A stretch of 64,000 nt of DNA from Mobula hypostoma (Eukaryota): contig NC_086109.1 in the NCBI RefSeq assembly GCF_963921235.1, positions 27,716,001 through 27,780,000 of the forward strand, written 5' to 3'. Every line of letters starts with the position of its first letter. Position 1 is the first letter of the stretch. Under the pieces are notes generated by a model. The model worked only from the letters and a program-made list of their open reading frames with translations. It searched no databases and was not told the origin of the DNA. The translations under genes were made by a program, and so were the position numbers. Shown here in pieces: positions 39,636 to 51,940 of the stretch.

Positions 39636-42118
39636 ATGACAAGTTTTAATCTACAATTTGAGAGGGAGAAGGGAAACTCGGAAGTGTCAGTATTACAGTT
39701 GAACAAAGGGAACTATGGTGCTATGAGGGAGGAGCTGGCCAAAGTTCAATGGAACAATACCCTAGCAGGGATGACAGTGGAACAGCAATGGCAAGTGTTT
39801 CTGGGAATAATGCGGAAAGTGCAGGATCAGTTCGTTCCAAAGAGGAAGAAAGATCCTAAGGGGAGCAAGGGGAGCCGTGGCTGACAAGGGAAGCAATGGA
39901 CAGTATAAAAATAAAAGAGAAGAAGTATAACATAGCAAAGACGAGTGCGAAGCCGGAGGATTGGGAAACATTTAAAGAGCAACAGAAGGTAACTAAAAAG
40001 GCAATACATGGACAAAAAATGAGGTACGAAGGTAATCTAGCCAAGAATATAAAGGAGGATAGTGAAAGCTTCTTTAGGTATGTGAAAAGTAAAAAAATAG
40101 TTAAGACCAAAACTGGGCCCTTGAAGACAGAAGCGGGTGAATTTATTATGGGGAACAAGGAAATGGCAGACGAGCTGAACAGGTACTTTGGATCTGTCTT
40201 CACTAGGGAAGACACAAACAATCTCCCAGATGTAATAGTGGCCAAAAGACCTACGGTAATGGATCGTAAACACAAAATAATCTGCAGATGCTGGGGTCAA
40301 AGCAACACTCACATCACGCTGGAGGAACTCAGCAGGTCGGGCCTCTGCCCCTTGCCCCTACACTCCTGACGAAGGGTTCTGGCCCAAAATGTCGACCGAT
40401 CTTTTCCACGGATGCTGCCCGACCTGCTGAGTTCCTCCAGCATGTCGTGAGTGTTGCTTAGGGTAATGGACGAATTGGAGGAAATTTATATTAGGCAGGA
40501 AATGGTGTTGGATAGGCTGTTGGGTCTGAAGGCTGATAAGTCCCTGGGACCTGATGGTTTGCATCCCAGGGTACTTAAGGAGGTGGCTTTAGAAATCGTG
40601 GATGCATTGGTAATCATTGTCCAATGTTCAATAGATTCAGGATCAGTTCCTGTGGATTGGAGGGTGGCTAATGTTGTCCCTCTCTTCAAGAAGGGAGGAA
40701 GAGAGAAAACAAGGAATTATAGACCGGTTAGCCTGACGTCGGTGGTGAGAAGATGCTGGAGTCAATTATAAAAGATGAAATTACGACACATCTGGATAGT
40801 AGTAACAGGATCGGTCCGAGTCAGCATGGATTTACGAAGGGGAAATCGTGCTTGACTAATCTTCTGGAATTTTTTGAGGATGTAACTATGAAAATGGACA
40901 AGGGAGAGCCAGTGGATGTAGTGTACCTGGATTTTCAGAAAGCCTTTGATAAAGTCCCACATAGGAGATTAGTGGGCAAAATTAGGGCACATGGTATTGG
41001 GGGCAGAATACTGACACGGATTGAAAATTGGCTGGCTGACAGAAAACAAAGAGTAGTGATTAACGGGTCCCTTTCGGAATGGCAGGCGGTGACCAGTGGG
41101 GTACCGCAGGGTTCAGTGCTGGGACCACAGCTGTTTACAAAATATATTAATGATTTAGATGAGGGAATTAAAAGTAACATTAGCAAATTTGTCCATGACG
41201 CAAAGCTGGGAGGCAGTGTGAAATGTGAGGAGGATGTTATGAGAATTCAGGGTGACTTGGACAGGCTAGGTGAGTGGTGCATGGCAGATGCAGTTTAATG
41301 TAGATAAATGTGAGATTATCCACTTTGGTGGTAAGAATGGGAAGGCAGATTATTATCTAAATGGAATCAAGTTAAGAAAAGGGGAAGCCACAACGAGATC
41401 TAAGTGTTCTTGTACATCAGTCACTGAAAGCATGCATGCAAGTACAGCAGGCAGTGAAGAAAGCTAATGGCATGCTGGCCTTCATAACAAGGGGAATTGA
41501 GCATAAGAGTAAAGAGGTCCTTCTGCAGCTGTACAGGGCCCTGGTGAGACCACACCTGGAATGCTGTGTGCAGTTTTGGTCTCCAAATTTGAGGAAGGAC
41601 ATTCTTGCTATTGAGGGAATGCAGCATAGGTTCACAAGGTTAATTCCTGAGATGGCTGGACTGTCATATGTCGAAAGATTGGAGAGACTGGGCTTGTATA
41701 CTCTGGAATTTAGAAGGCTGAGAGGGGATCTTATTGATACATGTAAGATTATTAAGGGATTGGACACGCTGCAGGCAGGAAGCATGTTCCCGCTGATGGG
41801 TGAGTCCAGAACCAGAGGCCACAGTTTAAGAATTAGGGGTCGGCCATTTAGAACGGAGTTGAGGAAAAACTTTTTCACCCAGAGAGTGGTATATATGGAA
41901 TGCTCTGCCCCAGAAGGCTGTGGAGGCCAAGTCTCTGGATGCTTTCAAAAAAGAGATGGATAGAGCTCTTAAAGATAGTGGAATCAAAGGTTATGGGGAT
42001 AAGGCAGGAACTGGATACTGATTGTGGATGATCAGCCATGATCACAGTGAATGGCGGCACTGGCTCGAAGGGCTGATTGGCCTACTCCTGCACCTATTGT
42101 CTATTGTCTATTGTCTAT
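39636..42118 (+). mobile_element. CR1 LINE ORF2 fragment (frameshifted)
   Basis: RT motifs in ORFs 40451-41963; (CTATTGT)n tail. Confidence 0.95.
40265..40458 (+). mobile_element. Fold-back Penelope-derived element inserted in CR1, with hammerhead motif 40361-40398
   Basis: TSD TACGGTAATGGAT (40252-40264) / TAGGGTAATGGAC (40459-40471). Arms GCTGGAGGAACTCAGCAGGTCGGGC / GCCCGACCTGCTGAGTTCCTCCAGC. Motif cactc-CTGACGA-a-gggtt-ct-ggccc-AAAA-T-GTC-gaccg. Confidence 0.9.
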
Positions 42119-42979
42119 AACTAAACCTCAGCCAGAGAGGTAGGATCAAATGGAACAAAGGGAATTCCAAAACCTAGACAAATCTAGCATTAATTTGAAT
42201 TCTAAGGTATTATAATGGTAGAGGTCAAATAAGTTCTTTAAATCAAGGTAAAGAATTTTCAATTGAGGTATTGCAAGAATGGAACCAAAGTAAGGTAGTG
42301 CGCAGAAGACTTAGAGTAAGGCGAAATAAAGGCAATTGGATTCTGGATAAGCTAAACTGGAAGATCAAATCCTGGAAGACCTACAGACAACACTGTAATA
42401 ATCAAGTCTAGAGATAATAAAGACATTGAAAAATATTTTACCAACAGAAAGTTGACAGAAAATTATGACTTTGGGTGACTTGGGAACAAAGGTATTAATT
42501 GGGAACACAGTTACTGACATCCTCAGAATTCCCAAAATTTAATTGACAGAGTTGGCTGAATAGCCTCTTCTTTGCTACCATCACAACAGAAATGGGATTG
42601 AATTCTTTGTCAAGACAGAATTGTCAATAATCAATTGGCAGTGTCTGCAATACTCGTACAGCGGATTCTGGTTAATTGGGCCATCGTTTAATCAGTATAT
42701 TCAGAATATCGTAAATGTTAGCACTGTTCTCTGAGCATGCCTTAGCTGCTGTTTGTTTCTGGTATTTTCTGTTATAAATTTAAACCTTCTTCTTTGATGC
42801 AGCCGTATAATGAACTTCTTTCAATTCACATTTGTGCCTCAATCAATTTATAATCATCATAAACAATAATGTCATGTCATCTATAAAGAGCTTACCAGCT
42901 ACAAATCTGGACATCACAACTGTAAATTAAGAATAAATGCAATCTCACACTGAGGAAATCAATCTCAGCTTGCTAGGGG

Positions 42980-43525
42980 ACACAAGAAACTGCAGATGCT
43001 GGAATATGGAGCAAAACATTGCAGGAGGAACTCAGCAGCTCAGGCAGCATCTGTGCAGGAAAATGGACAATAGTGTGTCCTGTTGAGATTCTTCACCTGG
43101 GCTGATAGTTAATACAATGATATGAGGGGAAGAGGTGCAGTAACAGCTGGCGAGTGAGAGGTGCATCCAACCACGGCAGGAAGAGTGGAAACAGAGGGTG
43201 GGAAGTGAGGCAAAGACAGAGGATGGAAGCAACTAAATGGCTGCAGATAATTGTATCTGATAGGAAAGACAAGTAGATTATGTTTTTTTCTCTTTGCTCT
43301 CTCCTCCTAATCAACCTAGTTCCTCCTACACTGACCCTGCTCCTCACCTTCTATTGCCTGTCTTCTATTTTCACTCTTCCCTTCTCTGTATACCACTTGC
43401 CAGCTCTTGCTCCACCTGGTTATCACACCTCTATCTCTCAGTCCAAATAAACTGTCTCAACCTGACAGCTCAACCATCCACTTCTCTCCACAGATGCTGC
43501 CTGACCCACTGAGTTACTCTCTAGA
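42980..43525. mobile_element. Longer fold-back Penelope-derived element
   Basis: Family arm at 42980-43100, purine-rich then pyrimidine-rich interior, inverted arm ending CACAGATGCTGCCTGACCCACTGAGTT. Confidence 0.7.
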
Positions 43526-43699
43526 GGTTTTCTTTTGTACAACTTGATAGGATCAATAAAATGTTTTAAGCTGTTTATGTGCTAAATAAAATTTGTACGT
43601 TTGCAAACAATTTAGAGTTGTGTAATTTCTTGGCAGCATAAAGAATTTTACGGACAAAACAAAAATCAGGTCACATAACTTCAGTCCTTTTTCTTCCCT

Positions 43700-43900
43700 C
43701 CATTAGTACTGCAGTTAGCAAAGATGCTGCCTCACAGTTCCAGTGACCCAGGCTCAATCCAGAACTCCAGTGCTGTATGAAATTTGCACATTCTCTTTGA
43801 GATAGAACGGATTACCCCGATGGTTCAGTTTCCTCCCAGAACTCAAAAATGGACTGGTTGTCAGGTTAATTGTCCGCTGTAAATTGCCCATAGGGCGTTT
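43700..43900 (+). mobile_element. tRNA-derived SINE fragment
   Basis: GCTGCCTCACAG...CAGTGACCCAGGCTCAATCC head and ...GTTAATTGTCCGCTGTAAATTGCCC core. Confidence 0.7.
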
Positions 43901-43941
43901 ATGAATGGAAGAATCTACAATAGGGTGGCGAGATGGAGATA

Positions 43942-44651
43942 ATGGTTGTCTCTCGGGGTCCGAGGAAGACTACATTGTGCAGGGTGACAGTGTTTTATTT
44001 TTACGAGGACGTGTTGTGAGCTCGACATCAACCCGGCACGGATGGAGAGTGCGCTCGGGGGCAGTCTGTCACTGGATCGAACTCGGGAACCTCCGTTCTC
44101 GAGCCCGGCGCTGATCTCACTGCACCACCTGCCAACCTCATTTTTGCACAATGTAACCAGTGCGTGACAGATATTAAAGTGGAAAAGCCTTGCACAGAGA
44201 CGATCCCATTCTCTTGGCCTCAGAAGTCAGGATCCAGTGGCACGAAGAATCGTTACGTCTGGCAACTTCCTTGGCTGCATTGGATGGCCACGTCTTCTCA
44301 AGTGCTCTGCCACGCCCTACACACTCCACAATGCGCTGCTGCAACGCCTTCTCCGCCGCTGAACCCTCGGGGTTTCCTCCGCATGATCCACCAAAGCAGT
44401 CTTCGCATGCTGGGATAGACAACTCCTTATCTCACCAAGGGTTTGAGACCCGTTGGCTACCCTCACCTAGGTTTAGCCAGCTTGTCGAAGCCTTTGCCCG
44501 GGGTGTGGCCGCTGTCGCATGCAAACAGCTATGAGGAGCCACAGGTGACAGCTGGGCGTTGGTGGGGACCAACAGATGACGAGCCTCTCCAAGGAGTGCC
44601 ACAAGCCCCCATCTAGAAGTGCTACCCTTCCCATGCACCCCATGCACACCT
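43942..44651 (-). mobile_element. Composite retroelement: RTE-type 5' leader followed by a tRNA-like cassette
   Basis: TSD GAGATGGAGATA (43930-43941) / GAGGTGGAGATA (44652-44663). A-box-like TGGTGCAGTG (44127-44118), B-box GTTCGATCC (44082-44074). CpG-rich. Confidence 0.75.
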
Positions 44652-44860
44652 GAGGTGGAGATACAACTCTAACGAAGGAGGTATAAGGAACTCCTTACCT
44701 CTGCTAGCCTGCAGGTCACCCTTGGACAAGGTGTAGCATGTACACAGCCCACTCGCCCTCACCCCTAGATCAGGGCAACGTGAAGTGATGGGGGCAAGTG
44801 GGGGATGGTTATCTGAACAGCTGGTGCATATCACAAGTCCTGGTTATGCGACCACTCACT
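44652..44860 (+). mobile_element. RTE-tailed SINE 5' part (its first bases lie at 43922-43941)
   Basis: Homologous to the 5' half of 49850-50236. Confidence 0.8.
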
Positions 44861-45116
44861 GCACTCCTCCCCTACAGTAGAATAAAGACCTTTGTACAAT
44901 ATATCATGTACAGTGAGATCACATATTTAGAGACCTCTGTTCAATAAAAACAGCGGACAGTATACCATGTGTAGTTTATGTAATATTTGGTGTGTATCCC
45001 TTTAAGAAATGAAGCATGTGTGAAGCCATTGATAAAGACATCCCAGTGTGGAACTGAACAGAATCAGTTTAACTATGGTGCAGCCACACAGAAAAGTTAC
45101 CTGTCCAGAGCCACAC

Positions 45117-45460
45117 CTTCCTCCATCTGGTTCTCCACCTCCTCCCTTTTTTCCATGGTCTCTTGTTCTCTCCTATCAGATTCCTTCTTCAGCCCTTTGC
45201 CTTTCCCCAATAACTCGCAGCTTCTCATATCATTCCCCCCCCCAACCCACCTCCTTGCCTTTCCCCTCTAATTTGTATTCACTTATTACCCACCAGCTAT
45301 GTTCTTTTCCCTCTCCCCACCCTTTTAATCTGGCTTCTGCCTTTTTTCTTTCCAGTCCTGGTGAAGAGACACAGCCCAAAATAGTGTCCATTTCTGCTAA
45401 GGTCTTCCAGTGTAATGTGTGTTGCTCCAAATTTTCAGCATCTGCAGTCTCTCATGTCTG
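45117..45460 (+). mobile_element. Penelope-like 3' fragment
   Basis: Pyrimidine tract, CAGTCCTGGTGAAG (degenerate hammerhead core), CAGCATCTGCAG end. Confidence 0.7.
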
Positions 45461-45819
45461 CATTTCTGTAAATATTTTTGTTTAGAAAATCGCTCTTAAT
45501 TTCATTTACTAGTTGTTATCCTTTACCTTAATAAGTTACTGAAATAGACACTGAAACAAGGTGTCAGAAGTTTTGCTTAAGGAAACATTGGAAATTAGAC
45601 ACCACACCCAAATCCCAAAAACCAGGCAGGGGACCCCTCAGCTGTTAATTTATGGAAGTATGCTGAGGTACAGCAAACTGCGTCATTCCAACATTGAAAG
45701 GTACATTATAGAATAAACAAAATGCCTAAAGCTTTGCATTTCGAGGGCAGCAACTTGTCATAAAGAATGGAATTAACAAAAGGAAGGTCTTTTACTGAGA
45801 TAAGCCAAGCTTATCGCCA

Positions 45820-47500
45820 TTTAACTATATACATGTAGACCACCAAACAAGAGAATGTTTCTCTGGACCGGGGTGTAAAGCACAGTAGTACACATAACAC
45901 ATATGTAACACACAATAACTTAGGAAAGTAAGAATTAAAGATGCAAATGAATTACACATAGATAAACAAAGTAAAGTACATAAATTAAAACTTACAGGGT
46001 ACAGTACAACTGATCTACCAACACATTGAATGCAATTCAGCAGGGAGTTCAGAAGCCTAATAACCTGAGAGAAGGAACTGTTCCCCATCCTGACCATTCT
46101 TGCCTTTGTGTTTTGGAGTCTCCTGCCTGATGGTAGAATATCAAAGAGGATGCTAGATGGATGGGTGGGATCCTTGATAGTTCTAAGGGTGCAGTGTTCC
46201 TGATAAATGTCCACGGCGGACAGTAAGGAAACTCCAACGATCCTCTTGGCCATTCTCACAGTCCTCTGTAGGGACTTCCAGTCCAACACTCTGCTGCTCT
46301 CACACCAGACTGAGATGCTGCTTGTCAGTACACTCTCAATAGTGCTCCTGTAAAATTCAGTTAAAATGGTGGGGTGGGGTGGGGGAAGGGAAGACCTGCT
46401 TGTCTCAATCTCTTCAGGAAGTGGATGCGCTGCTGTGCCTTCTTATTCAAGGAAGTGATATTGAGAGACCAGGAGAGATCATCCGTGATGCGAACTCCCA
46501 GGAACTTGGTGCCCTTAATTCTCTCTGTGGAGAAGCCATGTGTTCGCAGAGGGGTATGGGTTGTCTGCAGCCTCTTGAAGTCCACAATGATTTCCTTTGT
46601 CTTCTCCACGTTCAGATTTAGGTTGTTGTTCCCACACCAGTCCATAGCTCCTCCATTTTCTCTATGTACTCCAACTCATCATGATGAGGCCAACCACTGC
46701 TGCGTTATCCATAAACGTGATGACAGGGTTTGAGCTGGATCCTGTGACATAGTTGTGTGTCAGCAGCGGGCTGAGCACACAGCCCTGGGGAGTGCCTGTG
46801 CTCAGCGTAATGGGACTAGAGACATTGTTGCCCACACAGACTGACTGTGGCCTTTTTGTTAAGAACTCCAGGATCCAGTTATAGAGGGAGGCATTAAGAC
46901 CCAGCAAGGACAGTTTCCCCACCAGTTTCTGAGGTATGATGATGTTAAACGCTGAAGTGAAGTCAATGAAGAGCAAACTGGCAACGTTTTTCAGGTGGGA
47001 CAAGGGAGAGTGAAGGGCAGTGGCTATAGCACAGTCAATGGATCGATTTCAGCAATAAGCAAACTGGAAAGGATCCAATGTAGCCTGGAGAAAGGCTTTA
47101 ATGTGCTGTTGACCAGCTGCTCAAAGTATTTCATAATGGCTGATGTTAATGTCACAGGACTCCAGTCATTTAGGCAGGTTATTGTCGCCTTCTTTGGCAC
47201 TGGAATGATGGTTGCCATCCTGAAAACTAAGAGGACAATGGACTCTTCCAGAGAGATGTTGAATAAATCCATCAGCACCTCAGTTGGCTGGGCTTTGCAG
47301 TCCTTCAGAACCTGACCTGGTATATTATCAGGTCCCACAGCTTTGCATGGTTTGACTCTGGCCAGGGTCTTTCTCACCTCAGCTTTAACCAGATGGAGTG
47401 CCTGCTCCCTTGGGAGGGAGAGGTGTCTTCCTTGCCAGCACTTTGTTCTGTGCATAAAACCAGGCGTAAAAGGCCTTCAGCCTGTCAGGGAGTAAGGCTG
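45820..47500 (-). mobile_element. Rex/Babar-like LINE RT fragment
   Basis: [46 protein letters not shown] and LPSGRR motifs. Confidence 0.92.
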
Positions 47501-49849
47501 GTAATAGCAGATAATAACAGACAAACAAGAACAAATAAAAGTCACCACTATACCTTATGAGTCACAAGGAGAAGAAAACTGCATCATACTATAACATTCT
47601 CATGTAAGACTCTGGAGAATGCATCAGATGCATTCTAAACACATCGCAACAGCTGCATAAATGAAAGAGCTAGCTAGGACCTTGGAGAATCTTTTAATAT
47701 CTTCTGAACAGAGAAAATACTTTTTGCAGATAACTGAATACCTCATGTTCACAAAACTGTAATCAGAGAATAGATTATTTGTGGAATATAAGTGCCTGTC
47801 CTATGTGTAAGAGAAAAGTGCAGATGAACATGCCAGGCTAAAACATGTTGCATGGACAACAGACAGAAGTGCATTCAGTGAAGTTGTAGGCAAAATGTAG
47901 GAAGGCTTAGATTTTGCCAGAAACTACAGCAGGAAGGCTTAACTAGAACACAGAACAGTACAGCACAGTACAGACCCTTCAGCCCACAATGTAATGCCAA
48001 ATGATGCAAACATTCAGCAACATATGTGACTGAAGAAGAAAGAAAAAAATATGTGAACGAGGTCGAATGGAGAATCATTTCCACAAATGGTGCTGAATGA
48101 AGAGGACATCTGAAGACCATGGAGTGGATGAGGAGAGCCAAGCAGTGACAGACACAGGATCAAATTCAAGCTACCATTTGGACACAATGTACGGTGTGCC
48201 AAATCAGACCTTTGTCTCTGCAAGCTACACCCACTAGATATAGCAACACCGAGATTTCAGTGCAAGAGCAACCAGTAACATTCAATTCAACTAAGCATCA
48301 ACCTGTAATGTCCCCTGGAAACAAGCCACCAATTGCAAGGTATTACAGTTGTAACCAATAAGTCATGTGCTGTTTATACACTAGACCACACTAATGCTCT
48401 TTGGAGGCCGTGAACCCAAAGATCCATTAGAGCTCTGCTCTGAAGTTCATCCAAGCAGCCCAGAAAGCTATCACATATTATCTGGACCTAGTACACTACA
48501 ACAGATGGGCTTGATAGACACACCATGCCAGGATCCTGAGCACTGCTCCGAAACATGGAATAACCTCAGCAGCAGAACTGACAGATACCCATGCAAATGT
48601 TTTCATAAAACCAAAAATGAAAAATCTTGCAGAAAGACAAAAAAAATGAAGCCAAAAGACAGACACGGTACTACAACCAATACTTCTAAGAGAAGCCACT
48701 AGGAGAGTTGGAGACGTAGGAGGACAGGACAACATTAGACTGCCATCAGCTAAAGACAACGTTGACTTGACACAAAGCACATCCCAGATTATACAAGAAC
48801 ATGACATATCAGAGATAAAGATCTATTCTGAGCAACAATGTATTAGTTAATTAATGCTAGGATGGTAATTAGTGACGCACATCAGAATTTCTAACCTATA
48901 TTTTTATATAGTCCACTTCAGAAAAAAGTAACTTCAATTACCAAAGTGAAAGTACTATTTTTTTCGAAGTATGTTTGTCACCATATGCTACTGAGATTCA
49001 TGATTTTTACAGAAAATAAAGAATTGCAATAAAATGTATGAAAATCTATGCATAAACAAAGACTGATAAACAACTCGTACAAAAGAGGACAATAGTGTAA
49101 GTGAAAAATTAATAATACTGAGAACATGAGTTGTAGAATCCTTGAAAGAGAGTCTGTAGGATATAGAATCAGTTCAGAGTTGTGATGAATGAAGTTTTAT
49201 CCATGTTGATTCCTTAACCTGGTGGTCTGGGACCTAAGGCGCCTGTACCTCCTTATGGATGGTAATAGTGAGAACAGGGCATGGCCTGGATGGTGGATGC
49301 TGTTTTCTTGTGGTAGCACTCCATATAAATGTGCTCAATAGTCAATATTCAAAACTGAATAGGCAATTAAACTTTCTCAATATTTCTCTTTGCTGAAACT
49401 GCTCTTCATCACAAATCAAGTGAAGCACTAAACAAGAAGAATGCATTGATTCAAATCTTTTTTTCTACATAACCATAAGCAGATTCAAATATGACTCATA
49501 GCATGAAAGAACACAAGTGCTACTGTTTAGCTTTCAATTTAAAGGTTTTCAGAGGCCAGTTTTCAAAGTTGCCTCAGCGAGCTTCAAAGCCAAAGGGTGA
49601 ATTGGAAATTAGGAGAAGTGGAGAAATTTTAATATTTTAGACAGCAAGGGAATTTGTTTATGCACAGGTAAATATGCAGGATTGAGCATCCCTTGTCTTT
49701 TATTTCTATAAACCATACTTCCCACCAGTTGCAATAAAACAGAAAATACCAACTGAGGCTTACTTCCCTCCTTTTTTTGGATTCTGGCAACCTATCTTTT
49801 GGCTGACGAAATGGGCTCATATTGTGAAAGTTTTGTTTAGTCATGAAAT

Positions 49850-50236
49850 TTGGGTGGCGGGGTGGAGATGCTTCTCTACCAAAGGAGGTGCAAACCGCTC
49901 CTTCCCTCCGCTAGAATGCAGATCAACTTTGGACAAGGTGGAGCACCTACTTAGCCACCCAGTCAGGGTTATGTGAAGCCATGGGAGCAGGTGGTGGAGG
50001 GTCGTATGAGTAGCCGGTGCACATCAGAAGTTCTGGTCATGCAACCATTGATGCCAGGCAGACAATCTCTAAAGAGTATTGATAATGGCTGGGGTCACCC
50101 ATCTTGGAAAGACACTGCCCAGAAGAAGGTAATGTCAAACCACTTCTGTACAAAAATTTGCCAAGAACAATCATGGTTATAGACCATGATTGCTTACGTC
50201 ATATGACACAGCATATAATAATGATGATGATGATGA
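49850..50236 (+). mobile_element. RTE-tailed SINE, near full length
   Basis: Structured head, RTE/BovB-like 3' end CAAACCACTTCTGT...TTTGCCAAGAA, (ATG)n tail; three copies in the window. Confidence 0.8.
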
Positions 50237-50668
50237 GTCATGATATGTTTGGCTCATCTGTGAGATAATTTTTCTCCATTGTATTTTTTTTTGTAATTAA
50301 GTCTTTTCCTCTGATGGAGCGAATTATATAAAGACTACTTAAAATTTCTTCCATAGTACTTTGGAATTTCCTAATTTTAGGAACTTCGTAAACCTTATAT
50401 TACACAGTTTTTCAGTTTCTGCAGGAGAATGAACAATATTGTCCCTCATTCTGTTTTGCCCCGTCTTACCACCATCATCTCATAACTTAGACAAGTCCCA
50501 AATCTAAAGCATCTTCCCTGCCCTGGCTTGACAATACAACCACAATTGAGAGAATTTGTCAACTCAGGCAAACTATTTGACCAATCCTGAGTGCATAAAC
50601 AATGTTTGTCATAGTCATTCAAAGGCACTCTTACTATGAATCATAAGAATAAGGATCTCAGTACTCAC

Positions 50669-50709
50669 ATGGGTCAGATTTTGAGAATGTATCTTTATCC
50701 AGTAGATTC
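50669..50709 (-). CDS. CPNE5: Copine (CPNE5-like) internal coding exon, C2A domain, (R)NLLDKDTFSKSDP
   Basis: Minus strand ttttattttctacag|GAATCTACTGGATAAAGATACATTCTCAAAATCTGACCCAT|gtgagt, 41 nt, canonical splice sites. The peptide is the copine C2A motif. The phase-1 end joins the 34840-34886 exon in frame. CPNE5 rather than CPNE8/9 is judged from recalled residues (LDKD, DPLCV, QWRE). Confidence 0.9.
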
Positions 50710-51465
50710 CTGTAGAAAATAAAAATCAGATCACATTTACTGGAAAACAGTTAAGTCTAAAATTACAGATTACAGTGAAAAATTTGTTTCCCTAGCACCA
50801 AGACTGCTAAAATTCTATTGAGTGTGATATTGCGTGCTTCTCATCAACTTACACAAAACCAATTATTTGAAGAGAATCATAATTTGACAAACTGAATTCT
50901 GAATATTTTCTTTAAAGTTGTCCTGCAATGCACTGTCTTTCTCCTTCCACTTCACCTTTTTAGATTTCCCCTAGATATGTCCACAAACACCTTGGTTCTT
51001 GACCTCTAGAATGTTAAAGCATCCAGTTGAGGATCAGAAGTACAAAGGTGTGATCCAAATCAATTTATCCTGAGAATTCTTTTCAATCCTAATATGCTAA
51101 ATGATTACTTCATGATTGGAGCTCACCATGATGAAACCAGCATTTTACTTTATATGCATCATAATAAATCTCCACGTGCAATGCAGACAAATGAAAGAGT
51201 TGGAAACCATAGTCACACTTGATATAAATTACATAATCTAAAAAGTTCAGTTCTATTACTGAGAATAGCTGGAATATTCCTAGTCTTGTACCTTTATGTT
51301 GCATTTCTGATTCTAAAGAAGTTGAGTGATAAAAATTAACAAGGAAGCCCTTGTAACTGACAACGCTGCACTTTTTCATCTGTGAATAAATGGAGATATG
51401 GGCAATTCATCTTTCCATATTTACAGTCAGCTGCCAGTGTCTTGGACAGTAAATTATGAGGTTAT

Positions 51466-51940
51466 ACACTCAAAATGCTGGAGTAACTCAGCAGGTCAGG
51501 CTGCATCTATGGAAAAGTGTCAATAGTTAGCGTTTTGTGCCAAGAAGCTTTTTCAGGACTCAGAAGGAAGGGGAAAGATGCCAGAATAAAAAGGTGGATG
51601 CAGGGGAGGGAGGCCAGCTGGAAGATAATAGGTGAAGCTGTGTGGGTGGGAAAGGTCAAGGGCTGAAGAAGACAGAATCTGATAGGGGAGGAGAGGGACA
51701 ATAGGAGAAAGAGGAGAAGAAGGGACCTGGGGGAAGTAATAGGCAGGTGAGGAGAAGTAAAAGGTCAGATTGGTGAATAGTGGAAAGGTGGGGGGGGGGG
51801 GGTGGTTTCACTGAAAGGAGAAATCAATATTCATGCCATCAGGTTGGAATGTACCCAGACATAATACCCTTCATCCTAAGGGTGGCCTCATCTTGGCACA
51901 AGAGGTGGCCATGGATCAACACGTTGGAACAGGAATGGGA
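51466..51940 (-). mobile_element. Penelope-like 3' fragment
   Basis: Family arm AAAATGCTGGAGTAACTCAGCAGG followed by a purine-rich tract; reverse complement of the 59420-59763 type. Confidence 0.8.

Noticed and set aside
44070..44135. tRNA gene
   Set aside because: A/B boxes are present, but I could not form an acceptor stem or cloverleaf, and it lies inside a TSD-flanked retroelement.
47540..48810. Possible Gypsy integrase remnants
   Set aside because: Only a faint resemblance; no motif or LTR I can defend.
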